From Bdellovibrionota bacterium (GTDB lineage Bacteria; Bdellovibrionota_C; UBA2361; OMII01), in assembly GCA_044345405.1 (NCBI GenBank), contig JBIJBE010000014.1, forward strand, positions 17,170 through 81,169: 64,000 bases of DNA. The letters run 5' to 3'. The translations under genes and the position numbers were made by a program. The notes under the pieces are model-generated. The model was given only the letters and a program-made list of their open reading frames with translations, was not told the origin of the DNA and ran no database searches. Shown here piece by piece: positions 59,946 through 64,000 of the stretch (within the stretch, counting starts at the first letter, position 1; the number at the start of each line of letters is the position of its first letter).

Positions 59946-61148
59946 ATGATAGAAGTTCGGCTCCAGAAGTTTTTAGCTGAATGTGGTGTTGGTTCCCGTC
60001 GAAAGATGGAGCAATTCATCAAAGAGGGACGGGTGCGTGTCAACGGACAGGTTGTCACTGAACTGGGTCGCAAGATCGACCCGTCGGTTGATCAGGTCGA
60101 GGTGAATCGCAAGCCCGTTCGCCCAGCTCCGAAGGGGATCCTTTTGCTCAACAAGCCGCGAGGAGTGGTTTCGACCTTGAGCGATCCTGAAGGTCGTCGA
60201 ACGGTATCTGAGTTCGTCACCAAGCATTACGCGTCATATTTCCCGGTGGGACGTCTCGATTGGGATTCAACGGGTCTCATCATTCTTACGAACGATGGCG
60301 AGATGGCTGAGAAGTTGATGCACCCCCGCTTCGGTTTCGAGCGTGTCTACGAAGCCCGTGTTGAAGGTAGTGTGCCGCAGGCCGCGCTGGATAAGCTCCG
60401 AAGAGGTATCCGTCTCTCGGATGGTCTCGTGCAAGCCGAGGCCACGATCATGAGCAACGACGACAACACCACCTGGGTGGAAGTGCGGATTAAAGAGGGG
60501 CGCAATCGAGTCGTTCGACGTGTGTTTGAAAAGCTCGGCCACCCCGTGATGAAGCTCAAGCGAACGGTGTACGGTCCATTCAAGATCGGCCGGCTTCAGG
60601 TCGGACAGGTCCGTGTTCTCACCGCTCGCGAGTATCTCCAAGTTCGCCGGAAGGTGATGACCTTCAAGGGCGAGGAATCATCTCCCGCAGAGCGCGAGCC
60701 AAAGATGAAACCAGAGCGTCGCCCTGAAGGTCGGCTCTCCGATTGGGAGCGCGAGCGACCCCGGCTCAAGCCGTCCCGCCCTGAGGGAACTCGAAGGGAC
60801 CGTGATGAAGACACTCGCCGCGCACCTCGCGGAGCGCGTTCTGAGAAGCCTCGTGACTCTGGTGCCGGAGATCGCCGCAAACGAACATTTGAAGAACGGT
60901 CCGAGGGAACTCGAAGGGCTCGCCCCGAGGGCTCGACAAGAGGTCAACCCAAGGGGAACAGAGGGGCTCGCCCCGAGGGCTCGACAAGGGCTCGCCCCGA
61001 GGGTACTCGAGGGGAACGAACCCAGAGTGGCCGAGGTGATGGCGCTCGTCGAGATGGAGCGCGCCGAGATACTACTCGTTCTCGTGACGGAGGCGCATCC
61101 CGAGGTGGTCGTTCCAAGACACCTCGCCGTGGTGGACGTTCACGTTAG
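59946..61148 (+). CDS. rluB: rRNA pseudouridine synthase (RluB/RsuA family) with Arg-rich repetitive tail
   Basis: S4 domain RLQKFLA..SRR, NKPRG, GRLDWDSTGL, EGRNR. Confidence 0.92.
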   Translation: MIEVRLQKFLAECGVGSRRKMEQFIKEGRVRVNGQVVTELGRKIDPSVDQVEVNRKPVRPAPKGILLLNKPRGVVSTLSDPEGRRTVSEFVTKHYASYFPVGRLDWDSTGLIILTNDGEMAEKLMHPRFGFERVYEARVEGSVPQAALDKLRRGIRLSDGLVQAEATIMSNDDNTTWVEVRIKEGRNRVVRRVFEKLGHPVMKLKRTVYGPFKIGRLQVGQVRVLTAREYLQVRRKVMTFKGEESSPAEREPKMKPERRPEGRLSDWERERPRLKPSRPEGTRRDRDEDTRRAPRGARSEKPRDSGAGDRRKRTFEERSEGTRRARPEGSTRGQPKGNRGARPEGSTRARPEGTRGERTQSGRGDGARRDGARRDTTRSRDGGASRGGRSKTPRRGGRSR

Positions 61149-61276
61149 TCATGAGATGGCGCACCGCCAGCCGATCCCCTTTGCGTCCTCAGTGGTAAAA
61201 ATAGATTACCTCCGGCGCTTGTGAACTAAAGGAGTGCTGACGGAATAGACTCACTTGAAGCCTCGACGGTAGTTTT

Positions 61277-63064
61277 CTACCTGTGTGCTTCCGGTGGATC
61301 GCTATGCTCGCACAAAACCGCCTCCCATGAGCGACGCACCGAATTGAACAAGATAATACGTGTCGCACGGGCGAGGTCGTCTTTCATGAGAACCCTCTCC
61401 GTGAGCTCTCCACGCGCAACGAGCGTTCTGCGATAGCAGCCGTCGAGAAGCCCACTCGTGACGGGAGGGGTGTAGAGCGTTCCGTCAAGTTCAAGCGCGA
61501 TATTCGCGATCTTTGTTTCGGTAATCTCGCCCCGCTCGTTCCAGAGAATCACATCGTGTGCCGATGGATCATGCGGAATCGCGTTCTCGTACGCGCGCCG
61601 ATCGGTTGTCTTTCGGTAGAGCGAGCGATCTGATGTTGAGACGGGGGCCTGAGCGAGCGAAAGGTGATACGGCGTCGGTAGCGGTTGGAGGGGAGTGCAA
61701 TCCGTTTTGAATGAGCCTTCAGTCGAGAGAAAAAGCCTGATTCGGAAAGGCTTATCGTGAGCGCTCAGTTCGCGTTCGACATCTTGGAGCTTTGCCAGAG
61801 CATCCCCCCTCTTAAAGTGCCATCCAAAGTACTCCGCCCCTCGGGACATTCGCTCGAGGTGCTCATCGACGAGAAAGAATCCGTTCGAAGGTTCCCACAA
61901 GATTGTCTCGAATAGTTCGCACTCGAGCGGAGAGCGAGTGATGGCGGCGGACTTTGCGAGGCACTCCTCATACTCATCAGCGCTTGAAGAGTCCCACACA
62001 ATCCCACTTCCAACGCCGTACTCGGTTGTGCCGCGAGCGTAATCGATCAGCGCGGTTCGAATCGCGACGTTGAACCACGCTCGATTATGTGGAGCGATAA
62101 CGCCAACAGCGCCTGTATAGATTCGACGTGGAGTTGATTCCTGCTCCGCGATGATACGCATCGTCGCCGCCTTCGGCGCGCCGGTAATCGAGGCCGCTGG
62201 AAAGAGGGCGGTAAAGATATCCACGAGGGAGGCGTCGGTTGTCGCTGTGACCTCGCTCGTCATCTGGAACATCGGAGGATACTTCTCGATCGAGCAAACC
62301 GAAGGCCACTGAACGGATCCTCGATGAGCGATACGGCTGAGGTCGTTGCGCGTCATATCAACGATCATGATATTCTCAGCCCGGTTCTTGAGCGAGGTTT
62401 GAAGCTCATGAGCGAGCGCGCGGTCCTCCTCCAGGGTGCGCCCTCTGGGGCTTGTTCCCTTCATCGGACGACTCACGAGAGAGGTGCCGTTTTTCGAGAA
62501 GAAGAGCTCCGGTGACGCGCTTACGATCGCGAACTCGTCGGTATGGATAAGGCACCCATAGGCGCCCCCCTGACTCCTCGTCATCTGACTCAAGAGCTGA
62601 ACTGGGTCTGGCGTGACCGCTGTGGTGAGCCGGAATGAGTAGTTCGTTTGGTAGGTGTCGCCTCGCGCGATCGCCTCTTTAACCGCGCTGACAGCGGAAA
62701 GGTACCCCTCCTTTGTGATTGAAGGTGTCCAAGAGAGGGGGGCGAGTTCTGCTGTGTTCGGAAGGGCTGTAAGGGGAGTAGGGGACCGGAAGGTGGCGAA
62801 CCACACACTCGGAAAGGAGCTCTCCTCCCGAACCTCCAGCGCCGGATCAAAGCCAGATGCCGCCTCATAGCTGACCCATCCTACTGCCCACAGCCCCTCG
62901 GTTGCGCAGGTTCGTTCGACCTCTCCCAATGTCGTTACGACATCGGTCGTCGAGCGAGCCGTATAGAGCCCCACCGGGCTCGAAAAGTGGAGCCAGTTCC
63001 GGTTTTCTGGGTCAAACGTGATGGCGTAAACGGGCGTACTCATGGGACTGGTTAAGGGTGGCAC
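61277..63064 (-). CDS. pabB: Aminodeoxychorismate synthase component I fused to aminotransferase class IV (PabB-PabC)
   Basis: GDTYQTN, SASPELFF, RPMKGT, KNRAENIMIVD, ITGAPK, NVAIRT; C-terminal LFETI, KTTDR, NERGEITE, LYTPP..GLLDG. Confidence 0.92.
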   Translation of the reverse strand: MPPLTSPMSTPVYAITFDPENRNWLHFSSPVGLYTARSTTDVVTTLGEVERTCATEGLWAVGWVSYEAASGFDPALEVREESSFPSVWFATFRSPTPLTALPNTAELAPLSWTPSITKEGYLSAVSAVKEAIARGDTYQTNYSFRLTTAVTPDPVQLLSQMTRSQGGAYGCLIHTDEFAIVSASPELFFSKNGTSLVSRPMKGTSPRGRTLEEDRALAHELQTSLKNRAENIMIVDMTRNDLSRIAHRGSVQWPSVCSIEKYPPMFQMTSEVTATTDASLVDIFTALFPAASITGAPKAATMRIIAEQESTPRRIYTGAVGVIAPHNRAWFNVAIRTALIDYARGTTEYGVGSGIVWDSSSADEYEECLAKSAAITRSPLECELFETILWEPSNGFFLVDEHLERMSRGAEYFGWHFKRGDALAKLQDVERELSAHDKPFRIRLFLSTEGSFKTDCTPLQPLPTPYHLSLAQAPVSTSDRSLYRKTTDRRAYENAIPHDPSAHDVILWNERGEITETKIANIALELDGTLYTPPVTSGLLDGCYRRTLVARGELTERVLMKDDLARATRIILFNSVRRSWEAVLCEHSDPPEAHR

Positions 63065-63142
63065 TTAATAGGGAGAAAGTAAAAAGAGGGGCAAGCAAGC
63101 GATATAATTCGCACCTTCCGCAGTGATAATCCCTCAGTTTGC

Positions 63143-63171
63143 TTGCACCTGCATAGGTCCCCGTGTATAGT
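63143..63171 (+). promoter_or_regulatory. Sigma-70 promoter for the tRNA
   Basis: TTGCAC-17 bp-TATAGT, about 43 nt upstream of the tRNA. Confidence 0.7.
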
Positions 63172-63214
63172 CCTTCACCTAGTCGTCACGTTTGTTCTAG
63201 GCGACGTCCCTTGA

Positions 63215-63292
63215 TGCGGGGTAGAGCAGCCCGGTTAGCTCGTCAGGCTCATAACCTGGAGGTCGTGGGTTCAAATCCCACCCCCGCTTCCA
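63215..63292 (+). tRNA. Initiator tRNA-Met (fMet), anticodon CAT
   Basis: Cloverleaf with 1:72 mismatch (T/T), A11-U24 D-stem GAGC/GCTC, anticodon loop CTCATAA, T-loop TTCAAAT, encoded CCA. Confidence 0.95.
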
Positions 63293-63296
63293 TTTC

Positions 63297-63700
63297 TTCC
63301 TATCAAAACTTGGCGGAGCCAAGATTTTGATGACGGGTTAGGGGGGGAATCCCCCTAACTACCCCTGCGATTATTTCCTATCAAAACTTAGCTTCGTTAA
63401 GATTTTGATGACGGGTTAGGGGGGAATCCCCTAACTACCCCTGCGATTATTTCCTATCAAAACTTAGCTTCGTTAAGATTTTGATGACGGGTTAGGGTGT
63501 TCCCCCTAACAACCTCCATCGTGTTTCCTATCGAAACTTAGCTTCGCTAAGATTTCGATGACGGGTTAGGGAGTTCCCCCTAACGACCTCCATTGTGTTT
63601 CCTATCGAAACTTAGCTTCGCTAAGATTTCGATGACGGGTTAGGGGGGAATCCCCTAACTACCCCTTACAGCTTCTCTCCTATCAAAACTTGGCGGAGCC
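63297..63700 (+). repeat. tRNA-adjacent tandem array of 74-78-nt double-hairpin units (5 full, 1 partial)
   Basis: Units start at 63297, 63375, 63451, 63525, 63599 and 63677; consensus TTCCTATCRAAACTTRGC-NNN-GYYAAGATTTYGATGACGGGTTAGGG...CCCCTAAC. Confidence 0.93.
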
Positions 63701-63701
63701 T

Positions 63702-64000
63702 CGCCCCGTGACACCGGAGGGCGCGCATTCCTGCGCGCCGGTGCTGCACAAGTGTTTCGATTGCGGACTGTCGTCGCGTGAGGCGGATGTCTATGGCCGT
63801 GTGTGACATTGTGGCGACCAGGAATGGTCGCCCTCCCGTCGTGCGCCCCGTGACATCGGAGGGCGCGCATTCCTGCGCGCCGGTGCTGCACAAATGTTTC
63901 GATCGCGGGTTCCGGCCCGTCAGGAGACGGGCCTTGCGGACTGTCGTCGCGTGAGGCGGATGTCTGTCGTGATGCGCGATATTTCGGCGACCGGGGACGG
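63702..64000. repeat. Cluster of alternating-orientation GGAG-footed REP-like palindromes (BIME/REPIN-like), truncated by the window edge
   Basis: Copies at 63715-63739 (+), 63813-63837 (-), 63857-63881 (+) and 63986-64000 (-, partial), with duplicated linkers CGCCCCGTGACA and TTGCGGACTGTCGTCGCGTGAGGCGGATGTCT. Confidence 0.88.

Noticed and set aside
63297-63700. CRISPR array
   Set aside because: Units are near-identical along their whole length with no unique spacers, and there are no cas genes in the window.
63655-63893. Short minus-strand ORFs in the terminal repeat cluster
   Set aside because: They are translations of the repeats, with no coding signature.

Overview
A 64 kb, moderately GC-rich, gene-dense chromosomal segment from a diderm bacterium. 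Gene content and order suggest a deltaproteobacteria-like or Bdellovibrionota-like lineage (inference only). It is mostly housekeeping: metK (5' end), rapZ, hpf, rpoN, lptB, pcnB, PMM/PGM, surA, mfd, pilT, tatD, holB, tmk, topoisomerase IV-like A and B subunits, tkt, IHF, a SWIM-SNF2 ATPase, serA, hemY, hemH, tatA, rlmB-scpA-scpB-rluB, a pabB-pabC fusion and an initiator tRNA-Met, with several orphan or secreted proteins in between. I found no rRNA, CRISPR array, prophage or transposase. The most unusual items are: (1) a tandem array of 74-78-nt two-hairpin units with compensatory base changes, starting 4 nt after the tRNA-fMet CCA; (2) an uninterrupted UvrA paralogue with both ATPase sites degenerate but zinc-finger cysteines kept, downstream of mfd; (3) two dispersed non-coding repeat families, namely GGAG-footed REP-like palindromes with covarying stems and 6-bp-period GTNNAC arrays in inverted pairs; (4) several apparent pseudoenzymes or split genes, including a Cys-less L,D-transpeptidase fold and a stand-alone MetG C-terminal domain. 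All calls come from reading motifs by eye; no database searches were run.
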